A stretch of DNA of 64,000 nt from Amphiscolops sp. MND2022 (taxonomy: Eukaryota): the NCBI GenBank assembly GCA_964187785.1, contig OZ076409.1, positions 86,678,001 through 86,742,000 of the forward strand, written 5' to 3'. Each line of letters opens with the position of its first letter. Position 1 is the stretch's first letter. A model generated the notes under the pieces. That model had not been told where the DNA came from and did not search any database. It saw nothing but the letters and a program-made list of their open reading frames with translations. This document shows, piece by piece, positions 24,701 to 36,453 of the stretch. Made by a program: the position numbers and the translations under genes.

Positions 24701-27590
24701 TTCGCAAATAGGAGCCAGCTTAGCTGACCAAGATGTTCTAGTTAGAGCTAGAATACACAATACCAGATTGAAAGGAAAACAGTGCTTCCTTGTTTTACGT
24801 CAAAGAGCTTACACTATTCAAGTAAATATTTTCTATTGTCTTTGAAGTTTTTACCTAATTTTTAAAATTCTAAAGCACAATATGCGACATTTATTTATGT
24901 CAAGTCTCTTCATCGGTTGCTTTGAAGCAATTCATTAATTAAATTGATTTTTCCTAATTTTTGAGATTCCGATGAAGCATGCTTTGAAGTAATTTTGATT
25001 GAAAAAAATCTTGAATGCTGAATTTGTCAGAAAAAGGATCAATTATTTGAATTAACTGTGAAGGTAGTACTTTTTTGGAATGTTCATTAAGCTTAGTATC
25101 TCCTGAAGGCAACGTTTAAGGCATCAGTCGAACCTATGCACTGCTTTAGCATTGATATATTACTACTGATTACTTAGATTAAAACGTTAAATTTCAACCT
25201 CTCTTGACGATTCACTTCGAAAATTACATAGGCTATACAAATAGGGTCCATTAGGTGTCGTTTTCTTATTGAAGGTAAAGAGGTCGTCTTTGGCCTTGCG
25301 GATGAGTTGTTTTGAAGATCTATCTTGACATCTAAATTTTAGGCAGTCAATCTGTTTTTAGAAGTCGGAAAAACTTTCGACTACTTTTTTAACAAGCCGG
25401 GAACTGCCCAAGTCGGCGCCGTATCTAAGGCTCAAAAATAGCAAAAGGACTTAAAGGACTTCAATGTGTCAAGTATTCTCTTCTATAGTACCCGCGTGAG
25501 GAAGAATTTTTTCGAAATTTTTTGGTCTCCGGTAAGTCGCATAGTGCCGAAAAATGTAAAAGGGGGGCCTTTGGGAGTTTTGGAACATCCATTCTTTTGC
25601 AAAATAGGAAAAAAATGAAGGGGGTCCCTTTGGAGACATTTAAAAAATTTGCGAAAAGTCTCACCAAGCCGAAAAAACCTGCACAAAAAAATTTTGTCAT
25701 GGGCGGGACTCGAACCCACGTCCTTCTGCTTGGCAGACATCAAAAACTATCCTAATTAACCTCTATGCTAAGTGGCAGTAGAAGTTACATTAGTGTGGCA
25801 GTTAGTTCAAGTCAGCTTATAAGGCTTATAAAATCTGTCACTTCGTTGGTCTGAAAAAAAGAAAAGTCACTACTATAGTCTCCGTTTTTCTACGAAAAAG
25901 CGCCGACTAAAAAAGTCACTGCTATAGTCTGCGTTTTCTACGAAAAGCGCCGACTAAAAACTGATTTTCAGGCGATGGCTTTTGTGGATGCCAATACTAG
26001 TCAGCAGTTAGTGAAGTATGTTGGTTCAATATCCAGAGAATCAATTGTTGACATTGAGGCCAAGGTGTCCAAAGTGCCCCAGCTAGTCACTGGCTGTACG
26101 CAGAAGGACGCAGAGTTGCACGTTAAGTCCTGTTTCGTGGTCAGCGCGTCAGAACCCAGTCTTCCACTGCAAATCGAAGATGCCATGCGGAGAGCTGCTG
26201 ATGACGCCACCTGCACTGGGGTCCCCGAGGCGCAGGGAGATACTAGTGAGAAAACTGAAGAAGCAGGAGGCTCACAACTGGCTAGAGTGAAACAAGACAC
26301 AAAACTAGGTCTGGACGTATAACATTGCGTTTCTTTTCGATTTGCATATTGTATGATTTTGAGAAATTTAGTTGTGATTCTGGTGAGTTTTAGTTTGGAA
26401 TTGTTTGCGTTCAGATAAAAGCAATTCAGGGTTTATTGCTTTTGGGGCTGCTTTTTTGTACCTGACTTCAAGTGTTTATGCCTGACAAGGAATTGTCTCT
26501 TTCAGATCACAGGGTCATCGATCTGCGAACTCCAATCAACCAAGCCATATTTCGTGTGGAGGCTGGCGTGTGCAGGCTGTTCCGCGACCATTTGACCTCC
26601 AAAGGATTCACGGAGATACACACTCCTAAGATCATCTCGGCTGCTAGTGAAGGCGGGGCCAATGTCTTCACAGTGTCCTACTTCAAAAGCAACGCTTACC
26701 TCGCGCAGTCTCCGCAGTTGTACAAACAAATGTGCATAGCGGCTGATTTCGAGCGCGTCTTCACTGTGGGACCAGTGTTCAGAGCGGAAAATTCCAACAC
26801 TCATCGCCATCTCACTGAATTTGTTGGGCTCGATCTGGAGCTTACGTTCCGATACCATTACCATGAAGTGATCGATGTCATCGGCAAAATGTTCATCAGC
26901 ATTTTCAAGGGTCTGCAAGCTGATTATGCTTCTGAGATTGAATTCATTGCACAGCAATATCCATGCGAGCCTTTCAAGTTTTTGGAGCCTAGTTTGGGTA
27001 AGATTTAGCATCATGTGTTCTCTGATTTATTGCTCATTGTTAACTTTGAGCCTCAGATTTGCACCTATTTCGCCTTTGGTTTGCTTCCTTTTCTGTGAAA
27101 GTTGCCTATGTTAACAGTTTTGGAGTTCTCAGAAGGTATTCAAATGTTACGAGAAGCTGGATGTGAAATCGGAGACTACGATGATTTGTCAACCCCAGAC
27201 GAGAAACTCTTGGGTCGACTGGTCAAACAAAAGTATGACACTGACTTTTTCATTCTTGACAAATACCCTCTGGATGTTCGTCCTTTCTACACAATGCCTG
27301 ATCCGAAAAGCGAAAAGTACAGCAATTCTTATGACATGTTTATGCGTGGAGAAGAAATTGTGTCGGGTGCACAGCGTATTCACGACCCCGAGTTGTTGAG
27401 TGAACGAGCGCTTCATCACGGCATAGACCTGACCAAAATCAAGGCGTACATTGACTCCTTCAGGTACGGTTGCCCCCCACATGCGGGAGGTGGTGTTGGC
27501 ATGGAACGTGTAGTCATGCTCTTTTTGGGCATACCAAACATCCGCTTGGTTTCGATGTACCCTAGAGACCCAAACCGACTCACTCCATAA
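18754..27590 (+). CDS. DARS1: Cytoplasmic aspartyl-tRNA synthetase; exons 18754-18946, 24637-24821, 25972-26308, 26506-26997, 27118-27590
   Basis: GT-AG introns join in phase: [23 protein letters not shown]. Motifs [50 protein letters not shown]. Confidence 0.95.
19203..19492 (+). mobile_element. Family B Helentron-like element inserted at the LINE 3' end
   Basis: Copy of 1744-2035. Confidence 0.75.
19642..22719 (-). CDS. L2/CR1-group LINE ORF2 (2A peptide, APE endonuclease, RT); intact frame, 5'-truncated element
   Basis: [12 protein letters not shown] motifs GISETWL, GDYNIN, TLIDYI, DH; RT motifs [34 protein letters not shown]. Confidence 0.92.
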   Translation of the reverse strand: MLTKNVKTLYTSYSERKLKLSGDVETNPGPQVNFKALTKLFQNNNKYLKMFHVNAQSLIKKRLTLEDITKDLGTNTIYGISETWLKETDDLKLWKNNQNNFKTFRADRDTPTKEYGGGVMLIIPSSLNPKVRKDLNYMNKKNFESLWIECSVNNNSFNKQKQLINVSYNPNKSLYHQFLEELSVSIDHAIVENKPLTIMGDYNINYLNTREKQDLETVILPYGLIVSNTDQPTRIKGTSKTLIDYIITDHSNAAFFTAIVSDTPLRTIGKKPIDHLATSVITNIQMMKTTNVFRKTIFDKKTYNKELFQYYVQKCDWEYFYGQSCAEGLFSIFSNYIENSLNKSILKKTVFIRNDKSNLTLHQKWVTEKTQQHYKQIHQSMNPSDAKYKLFQSNFIESLNSDRNDYLTNVFADLSNDREKWNFINEARKSLKTKTIISSLKNVFGETVLDQTKIANLLNYRFSKLGDYLGGIRTFSEELIDGAIRNKTTFKFNPITLFECKQIVRQLKSNKPLGPSNIPAWALKDCLNIIAEPLTYLINAFIEEGRFPNHLKRAHVVPIYKNGDTEEPNNYRPISITSAISKIFEKVIRNQMVEYLNKHNYLSPIQFGFRAKFSTTDALLYATENIRSEINNNKMVAAAFLDLSKAFDSISHEILLKKLEGYHFDSTAIALIKCYLTNRTQKVILQNTSSDWISRYQGVPQGTVLGPLLFNLYVNSMQKIIDETCKIVQYADDIFLFVADKCVNTAKQRLENNIAKLVEYFESHRLNLNEDKTEFIVFCKNSQNKLTKNLKLQVKNHSTSLSSFVKYLGVYLDQNLTYENEVKHVLKKMACGIKTIYAVKQFLPEKVCLLLLNALVLSHLHYPAILLQGISQNLLTTLEKQLSWGVKACFNRQKQDSSSDLKIKHNILPIRIFLDYKSCFYFWKYHNNLLPAFSGPNTIPTARMKYHSRTKKLVCNTKISNEFMRKSFFIRTLPLWNSLPSCLVKKKFSAETIKSKYKVHFSNKIGKEIEQPEHRKKCWRDYRFS
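23614..24215 (+). mobile_element. Family A-related Helentron-like element
   Basis: 5' TTTAGTCGGCGC; about 500 bp nearly reverse-complementary to 28330-28848. Confidence 0.65.
25390..25960 (-). mobile_element. Family A Helentron-like element with tRNA-like cassette, in DARS1 intron 2
   Basis: Reverse-complement ends (AACAAGCCGGGAAC…AAGTCGGCGC; CGCCGACTAAAAA twice); minus-strand B box GGGTTCGAGTCCC at ~25705-25717. Confidence 0.7.
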
Positions 27591-28157
27591 GGAAACAAAT
27601 CCATGTCAACTCGACTCTTGCTAAGCACAATTGGTGGTGGTTGCAGCTCTCAAGAAGAACAAAGTTCTGCTTTGTATTATCGGAGATGATACAAGACTTC
27701 TTGTTTTTGTCTTTTGAGTAATGATAACTTTGTAAATTGGTTGGTGCTTCCTTTCAAATCTCATCCGTATCTCATGTTTGCCTTCTCAATTTGTCAATCT
27801 TCAAATATATTACTAATTATTAAGTAACGCTAATTTTGGAGTCCAAAATTCAAAACGTCTATTGAATGTGTCTGAATATCTATTATGAAGCTCAGCAGCT
27901 GAACGTTTTTTATTTTGATTGAAATTTTCGATTTTGAGCTCCGAAGTTGTGTTTATTATAATTCTGACTAACTTCTGAATTATATTCTTCTGAAACAATT
28001 CTCATTATTTTCAGACCAACAGAATACGGAATAGAGTCAAGTTAAATGGAGGAAATGTCTTTTACATAATTATTGCAACACGTTTGGAACAGTATTGCAT
28101 GAGAGCTTTCCACTGTAGACAAGTTGTCATCTGACCAAAACGGCCGTGGTTTGAAGA

Positions 28158-28848
28158 AACAAGACAGGAACGTCTAAAGTCGGCGCTATATGAAAGGCTC
28201 AAAAAGCGGAAAGGTTTTAGGATATGCTCAGGACGTTTTTTTAAACGTATCCTATTTTCGAAACACCGTAAGGGTGCCTTTCGTGCTCGGAAAACGCTTC
28301 AGAAGTTATATAGCGTGCTTTTCTTCGATCCTACGCCTCCTCAGCAAAACGCAAATTACATCGCATATAACGTCAAAAGTTCGGATATAGCGCTTTACTC
28401 CGAATTTTACGTCAATATTTCGGAAAATATTGAAAAAGATTTCTGGGTTTATATTAAGAAAACATTTCACACTAAAAAGGCATTTTGAAACAGTCTCATA
28501 GTGCCGAAAAATTTGAAAGGGGAGACCCTTGGGCTTTTTGAAACCAGTTTGTTGCAAATCATCAAGAAATTTGAAGGGGGACTCTTTGGAGACAAAAAAA
28601 CTCGGAAAAAAAGTGCCACAATGCCGAAAAAAATTCAAAGGGGCCCTATAGGATACGTTTCGTATCTTACGTTAAAATGAAATAAATGAAAGGGGGAACT
28701 TTTGCACTAAATTAGATATGTTTCCGCTTGCCGGTCCAGTAGTTTAGTAGTTCTGTAAAAAGTGTTCACTCCGCATACATTATCTTACTAAAAAAAACAA
28801 TCAATAGTCACTGCAAAAGTTCTTGAATGAAAATGCGCCGACTAAAAA
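28158..28848 (-). mobile_element. Family A Helentron-like element
   Basis: AACAAGACAGGAACGTCTAAAGTCGGCGCT … GCGCCGACTAAAAA. Confidence 0.7.
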
Positions 28849-30549
28849 TGACAAACGAGTCACGATAGCTGGAGAATTTTATCTACTCTGCACTGTTTCA
28901 AAATAGATCTATATGAAGCAGACTGCACTGTATCTCCAGTTTCAACCTATCCGATCAGTTTTTTTCAGCCGAGTATGTTCGTTAACCGAGTACCTACTGT
29001 AAAAGATTCAGTCATTTTGTTTGGCAGTGAGTATAAGATTTAAATTAATTTTCGCAACCCCCCTGACAACAGTTAATTAATTCAATGCTCGTGCGATGAA
29101 GCGAGCGAGTGTTAAATATGCATTCTCAGGCCGAGTTCATTCAGATGAAGCCAATGCCAATGAGTGTGTTATTTGTTCGCCGAGAACTTCGCCTGCATTC
29201 TGCGAATGCGAAACCGTATACTCTTAGTTTACTTTCTTCAGTCCGAGAAGAATTAAAGGTGGGGTAAACTGTTACAATGATAAATAATTTTTCGCTATAT
29301 ACTATACAGTAATGTATAGTTATTCCAGATATGCTTCGTTTATTGAACATGGAAGTCTAAAAGAAATGATACTGTGCCCCTCAGGAGCCTATTTTAATGC
29401 TAACTGGTTATTTCAACTTTTCTATGAAATTGGAGACAAATTTGTCCCCTTTTTACGTTTTTAGGTCCTTCAATATAGTGTTCTTTGCGCTTCTTATAGT
29501 TACAAAAGTCGTCTACTCGAAACTTGAAAATTGTTGTTCGAAAACTTGAACATTGTCTACAAAATCGAAAGTTACAACTCCTAGTTCCGTAATTAACTCG
29601 AAAAGATGAAAGGCGCATTGGCATTTGCTTTATCCCGGTGCAGAAAGTTTCAGCAGAAATGAGGGCACTAAAAAGCTAGACACTAAAAAATTCTAATTGC
29701 AAAGTCATAAGTTTACGCGAACTTGAATAACACAAAAGTCCCAGGACCATAAATTTCTCAAATTGCGATCAGAACTACAGGCGTATTTTTAGTTCTGAGA
29801 TCGAACGAAAATTACCGAAAGTATGAAGTTATTTCCGAGCTTGGCATTTTCCGTGAAGTAGCATGCAATAATTCGGAAACCGTTCTTCATAACAAAAATT
29901 TCTTGATATAAACTTAGTCCATTTGTATCAGAATTTTAACGCTTGACTTCGACACGTTTTCTGAGAACTCTCGATGAAAATAAACACCGAGGAATGATCC
30001 CAAAATGCACATTCTTGATTTTTTTACACTGAAAAAAGATTGCTGCAACGGAATTGCAAATGTTTTTGCTGCCCATTTTCCAGAAACAAAAAAGTTTCAG
30101 TTTAGGGGAAAGTTAAATATGAACGTGAAAAAGTAGTGTCAAGGTTACAAAAAACATTGGAGATTTTCTTCTGACCATTAGTGTTTGAGATTGTAAAAAG
30201 CGTTGTAAAGAGTTTTGAGGTTAGGGAAATTCGAAAAGTTTCAAAATGCTTCAAAACACCATTTGATGCCGTTTTATTCTTTCATTCGTTTCCAAAACAA
30301 AAAGTATCGTTGTAACTGATCTAAAGTGAGATCTTTTTGCTGTTGCAACTTTTTTGACAAATGTATATTGTAAGAGAAAATGAACCTAAGATGAAAGCCT
30401 TTTTAACTTTTTTATACCCTAGTGTATTTTCTTGTGGAAAACTGTATGGAAATCCATGAAAAGGAGATGAGAATTTAAGGTGATACATTTATGTTGGTAG
30501 CAAATAAATTGATATAGCTAATAGTGATTTTTACCAAAATTAAAATGTG

Positions 30550-31560
30550 GCACAGTAACCAAGGTCCTCACTGTTTCTGAAGCCTAACTAAAATAGATGA
30601 ACTTTTCACCACAAGAAATTTACAAACATATACAAAACCGGATCAACGGCAGAGTTACAATACCTTTCCGAGATGTTGGTTTAAATGCGACAATTTAAAC
30701 AACCCCACAAACAAATTGATCGAGCGTATGCATCATCACACCCAAAAAACGCATGAAATCGACTTTAAGCCAACAATTAGAGATGGAACGCTCCCGATTA
30801 CGAGAGACAAAAAATCGTTAAAACGGCAAAGCTTAGGATCCGGAGACGGCCTCATTGTATGGTAGAAGTCATCCTTGGACATTTCAATACGCATCCAGAC
30901 AAACTCGAACTTGGCAAACTAACAGGGTCATGCAAAACAGAAAAAAACACAGATATATCACGAGAAACTGGTTCCGCTCCAAAACTCACGAACTCAAGGA
31001 TATAAAACAAGAGGACTTTCTGATCTCCAAATGCATCACAAGCAAAACTAGTCATCAAACTGGTAATGGATTTCATCAACAAAGATACCTCAATGGCAAC
31101 AAAAAATCAACAATACTGCACGTATTGGCCAAAGGCAAACACTTCGTAATAACGAACCAATACAAAAAAAAATACAGAGGAACAGAAAGTACAACAAAAA
31201 CAGTAACGACCGGGAAAACAACATTTGTCAGTTCTGCGGACTGCCAAACTAGTTATCGCGACACAAATGCCCGGCAAAAAACGCTAAATGGAACAACAGC
31301 AAGAAACCAGGACACTCCACCAGAGTAAGCAGTTCTAACAACGAAAAGCTCGGAAAAGCTTGGGGTTTACGCACGTTATGAAGACAACAACAGCAAACTA
31401 CCCCTCTTTACCAAAAGAAACGGCAAAAACCCACTCTCGGGAGTGGACTGATTGAAAAATTTACCAAAAACTACTAACTGAATAGCATGGAAAGGCAGAA
31501 ATAGCCCGTCAGAGCAGCCCTTCAAAAAGTTTTACAAACTATACCATTCCTTTTTTGGTA
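30550..31560 (+). pseudogene. Possible degraded Gypsy gag fragment
   Basis: A-rich broken frames with a KQEDFLISKCITS segment resembling Gypsy gag; weak. Confidence 0.3.
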
Positions 31561-31567
31561 TCTTGTC

Positions 31568-31736
31568 CCCCTTAGCAAGGTTTTTCTAGTAATCTTGATA
31601 ATCTTCGTAAGCTCTTTCCATGACATCTTGCAATTTTTGGCAATATCTTTGCAAGATCTGTGTCAAGATTTTTCCAAAATCTTGGCAAGATCTTGCCAAG
31701 ATCTTACTGAGATATCCAAGGAAGGTCAACCCAGGA
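31568..31736. repeat. CAAGATCTTG-rich MITE-like fragment
   Basis: Multiple palindromic CAAGATCTTG units, shared with 33658-34060 and 51030-52220. Confidence 0.5.
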
Positions 31737-32191
31737 GAAACCCAACTTATAAATTGAAACGGAGTGGGAACGGAGCGACGGCGCACACATTCGAGCAGAG
31801 AGAACGTTGCAAATGAGTCGATTTCAATTCAGTTCAGCTACTCAATTTGACATCCAATTATCCAAAGGTACATTCTGTAAGTGTAAGTGAATTTTGTTAC
31901 CTACATTCTTCTTTATTGTAATTTCTGAAATTTATTGAGTCATCATTTTTTTCATCATCATAAAGTGTAATGTTGAGAAAGGCAATTGTGCAAAAGGCAA
32001 TTGTCACATTTCCAATTGACTCCTTCATCCTTCCTCCTCATTCCACCATGTTAATTGGGCTGTTACGTTTGGTGAGCATCTCCAAATTCGATTTTCATTC
32101 TCAAAAAACTCTTTAAGCCTTTCAACATTGCCACATATAACTGAGGCATTACGATAACGTCAGGACAATTTTTAGGAAGTCTTTGCTCAAT

Positions 32192-35100
32192 ATGAACTGC
32201 ACTCTTTCAAATAGCACAAGTGGAATCGCAAAAGATGATTCAAACTTATTTTGGTGGCTAGTACGTGTATCTACTCCGTATATTGATGTGATGAAGATTG
32301 CAGAGTTATGCATCGAACTGATTGGTTTTTACCTCAACTTCTTTGTATATGATGTCTCATTTCTTCTGCCCCAAACATCGGGATCATACTGGCTGAGGTC
32401 ATTTGGAAATCAGAGATCAAACTTGGCTTTTTGACTTTACAAAGCAGATTTATATATAAGCGCATGAGCCCAGCGCAATTTTTAAACTAGAGAGTAATAC
32501 GATTCGGCGTTCACAAACATTGAGTAAAACCTAAATTTTGCAAGGGTTGCAACCCAATTGGGAAAAAGTGATTGTTTCAAATAAAATCTGTCGAACTTTA
32601 AGTTAAACATTATTGGTTATTGCGAAACGTTTGGACAAAAAAATAAAAACAAGTACAATTTTCTGAGACCCTAACATCTAAAGTCCATCGGCTTTTATAT
32701 CGAAGGCTAGCAAATCTACAATAATCTCTACAAGCCATACTGCTGGCCTTTTTGTAAACAAAAATGCTTTGCAAGTATCGGTCGCTTGTTATTTTTAGTC
32801 GGCACTTTTCTAGTGAAATGTGCCCGACTCTTACAGTGGCTAGTTTTTTTTTCGTCAGACCACAATCTCACTCTGATTGGGCCACTTTTCTTACAATCGA
32901 AACTACTACTACTACCATAAGGCCGAGTCCGGTCAGCGGAAATTAGTGCAAAAGGGTCCCCCTTTCGTTTTTTACTTTTTTAACGTAACCTACAAAACCG
33001 GACGAGACTAAAGGGTCCCCCCTTTCGATTTTTTTCGGCATTGTGCGACTTTTTTCGAAATTTTTTAATGGCTCAAAAGAGCCCCCCTTTCGAGTTGTTT
33101 GATATTTTGCAACAGAATATATGTTAATAAAGCCCAAAGGGTCCCCCTTTTACATTTTTCTTTTAAAAAAGTTTTTTTTTAAAAAGTCTTTTCCGCTTTT
33201 TGAGCCTTAGATATAGCGCTGACTTTAGAAACGTTCCCGTCTTGTTAAGTACGTTCTTTCACTCAGCTCATTCCATGCTCTGATTAATCAAGGTATATGG
33301 CCATTTGGGACAACTTCTTTCTACTTGTCTGTGCCATAGAAACTGGCTCTGTTCTCATTGACATGAATCTTTCAAAGCTGTCAGCTATATCTTGCAAAAT
33401 GTTCGCTTACTTATGGTGGTTCACAGGATCCAACGCTAACGCCCATTTGGTAGCGATGGCCCTGGACCGGGCTCTAAGTATCACATTCCCTATTTGGCAC
33501 TACAGGAAGACATGGTCTACAGCCAACATGAAGATATCGACGCTTCTTACTATAGTTAACCTGATTTACACATTGCCCGTGCTGCCCCTATATAGCATAA
33601 AGGTAAGAACACTTTGCTATCATTTCATTTGTTTCGACTGCAGCTTGTTTTCTGACACCCTTGGTTGAGAAAAAATGTGTTGCTTGGGCCAATTTAAGCG
33701 AGGATCTTGGAAGACTCTTTCAAGGAATCCAAAGAAAAAGCACTATATTGCAAGCACTTGAAATATTCTTGCAAGATTATATGATCTTACAAGAATATTT
33801 CAAATACTTGCAAGATAATGCATTTTCTTTGGATTCCTTGAAAGAGTTTTCCCAGATCCTTGCTTAAATTGCATTCCTGGCAAAGTCCTTGAGAGCAATG
33901 CGTTCTTACGACGATCTTGCAAGAATTTTGCAGGGAGAATTTCTTTGCAAGATCTTGCAAGGAAGGTATTTCCTTGGAATATATTACAAGGATTACATTT
34001 CCTTGTAAGATTCTTGCAAAGAATATAATGACTTGCAAGGATCTTGCAAGACAACTTCGGTAAGTTTGTTGAAAACTTTTTAGGGTATGACTTTCATAAA
34101 GCTCTAAACTCAAAACATTTGGCTATTCAGCACAATTACGTAAACAGAAATATTGCTCTTTTTATCCCAAAAAAGCTCAATTTACGTACAGTTACTGTAT
34201 TTTTGTATGTATAGAGATCCGCAAAGTTGAAAGCAAAAAAAACTAAACAAGACGCCCGCTAAGCACCGGGATATTTTCCTCCCTTTTCGCCTTCATCACT
34301 TGAGCCATAGCTATTTTGGGAGGGGAATAGGATCTGAATAAAAAGATCTAAAATTTAGTGACTTTAGATCTTATTCCCTTTAGATTTTAATCCCATTTTT
34401 ACTTTAGATATTATTCCCATCTCAGTATGAAGGATGAAGGCTGAGCAGGGAGACTGAGTAAGTGGAGTGGAGTTGTACAAAGTGGAGTTTTGGCAGAATT
34501 TGGAAAAAAATGCAACACAGATGATGATTTTCCTCCCCATTGAAAATGTGGGTGGGAAAATAACGGATGATGATTTTCCTCCCCATTGAAAATGTGGGTC
34601 GGAAAATAATTAGCCTGTTTTGTGCTACAAAAATGCGTCAAATGAATCAGAAGATGTCAAAATTCGAGTACCTCTTAACTGACCATTGTTGTACTGTGAG
34701 CAAGTTCTTCATTCCTAGCTTTTTTCTATGATAATGACAAACAAGGCGGGAACGTCTCAAGTCGGCACTACACTTAAGGTTAAAAACCTCGAGAATTTAA
34801 AATCATGCTCTGTACTTTTTTGAAAAACTCACAAAAAGAGTCTAAACACCCAAGTGCATTTCGTGCTCAGAAAAGGCATAAAAAATTTGGATATAGCGTG
34901 CTCGGCCACATGGGATTGTTTTTTTTTAACCTCGGCCTCCTCCTTACTTCAGATATAATTTCAAAAGTTCGAATAGTACCGAAAAACTGTTTCCGGTGAG
35001 TCACACAGTCCCGAAAACCGTAAGGAATCCTCTATGCGTTTCGTTTCTAGTAAAAGTCGATGAAAATAAATGAGAAAAAATTGCATAGTACCGAAAAACG

Positions 35101-36427
35101 CCGATATTTTAAAACAATCAAAATTCGGATATAGCGGAATATTTTCGAACCTCCGCTTCCTTCTTAGTGAAACGTAATATACTTCGGATATACCGCCAAA
35201 AGTTTGGATATAGCGCAATATTGTTATAACTCGACCATATTTTTAATGAACCGCAATTTACTTCGGATAAAAGTCAAAAGTTTTGATATAGCGTGCTGGA
35301 CCACTGAGAAAACCTAATTTTGAGACGAAAAATGAACTTTTTGAAAAATCTCACAATTCCGAAAAATGTAAAAAATGTAAACGGGGGATCCTTTATAGTT
35401 TTTAACATCCATTTGGTATGACGTCGAAAATTCGGACAGTATTGAAAAAGATACTGATGGACATCTATGTTGAAAATGGAATAAATGAAAGGGGGTCCTT
35501 TGCACTAACTTAAGATGCGTTTCCGCTGGCCGGTCCAGTAGTTCAGTAGTTTCTGTAAAAAGTGTCCACTACGCATACATTCTGTTTGATTGTCTGTTTT
35601 GATCAACAGTTGCGCTCATTTTCTATCAAATTGCGCCTATTAAAAAACGTATTTGGTGGAGAAGTGGGCATTTTCTTGTTTAAAGAAACAAGCTGTTTCT
35701 TTTCAAGGAACCAGGAAGTGTCAAAATTTTTAAATGTATGAAGTTTTTTGAAAATTACCAGTCTTTTTGCAACGATCCAGCCTTAAGAACATGTTCGGGG
35801 TGGAAAATATTCCGGTGTTCAGTTTACATTTTTTATTGTTTACAGGATGAATTATGCAAAATGTCTTCGGCGAATGAGCAACTAATGGGTGTGTATCGTC
35901 TTATTTTGGGCGCGAGGACTATTTTGTACACCGTACTGGTTCTCATTGCTAACATTATCTTCATCGCAATATTACTTAAACGACGAGATGAAAAAGGTTG
36001 TAAACGAAGCGAAAAAACTGACGGTAACCATCTCAATTTGCCCAATCCAAATGTTCAAAAAGGTCCTACTGATAAAATGAAACCTCGTTATATGCAACAC
36101 AATCAATCAATACAAAGCCACAAAGTATCAAATGAGAAATGTACCAACAAATGGTCAGAGGAAGATCGCAAAGCTATTCGCACTATTCAAATGGCTTGTA
36201 TTAGCAACCTGTCTGGAAAATGGACACTGGTACTTCTCTTTCACATAACTGAGAACTTCTGTTTTCCCAGAAAACAACTGATCTTCATCATAGCATTCGC
36301 CCGCATTATAGCTGCCATCACGCATTCAATGAAGTTCTGCTTGTATATACGGGGTAAAACATTCTCCGAATCCTTCAAGAAAAGGTGGCTGGAAGCAAGA
36401 GTTTTCCGCCGCCAAATTGCAAATTAG
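32192..36427 (+). CDS. Rhodopsin-like (class A) GPCR; exons 32192-32397, 33293-33602, 35846-36427
   Basis: In-phase GT-AG joins (WLR|YMAIWDN; SIK|DELC); TM3 cysteine, MALDRALSITFP (DRY-like), about seven hydrophobic segments, KFCLY in TM7. Confidence 0.8.
32792..33246 (+). mobile_element. Family A Helentron-like element in GPCR intron 1
   Basis: TTTTTAGTCGGCAC…GCCCGACT 5' hairpin; AGCGCTGACTTTAG..ACGTTCCCGTCTTGTT 3' end. Confidence 0.7.
33658..34060. repeat. CAAGATCTTG/CTTGCAAG-rich MITE-like repeat
   Basis: Dense CTTGCAAG palindromes with an internal inverted repeat. Confidence 0.5.
34740..35645 (-). mobile_element. Degenerate family A Helentron-like element in GPCR intron 2
   Basis: AACAAGGCGGGAACGTCTCAAGTCGGCAC end; modules shared with 28158-28848. 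Confidence 0.55.
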
Positions 36428-36453
36428 TGTTAAAAGGAACATTGGGTATTAAC

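Noticed and set aside
34520..34610. 46 bp two-copy tandem repeat
   Set aside because: Ordinary local duplication in an intron, with no further structure.
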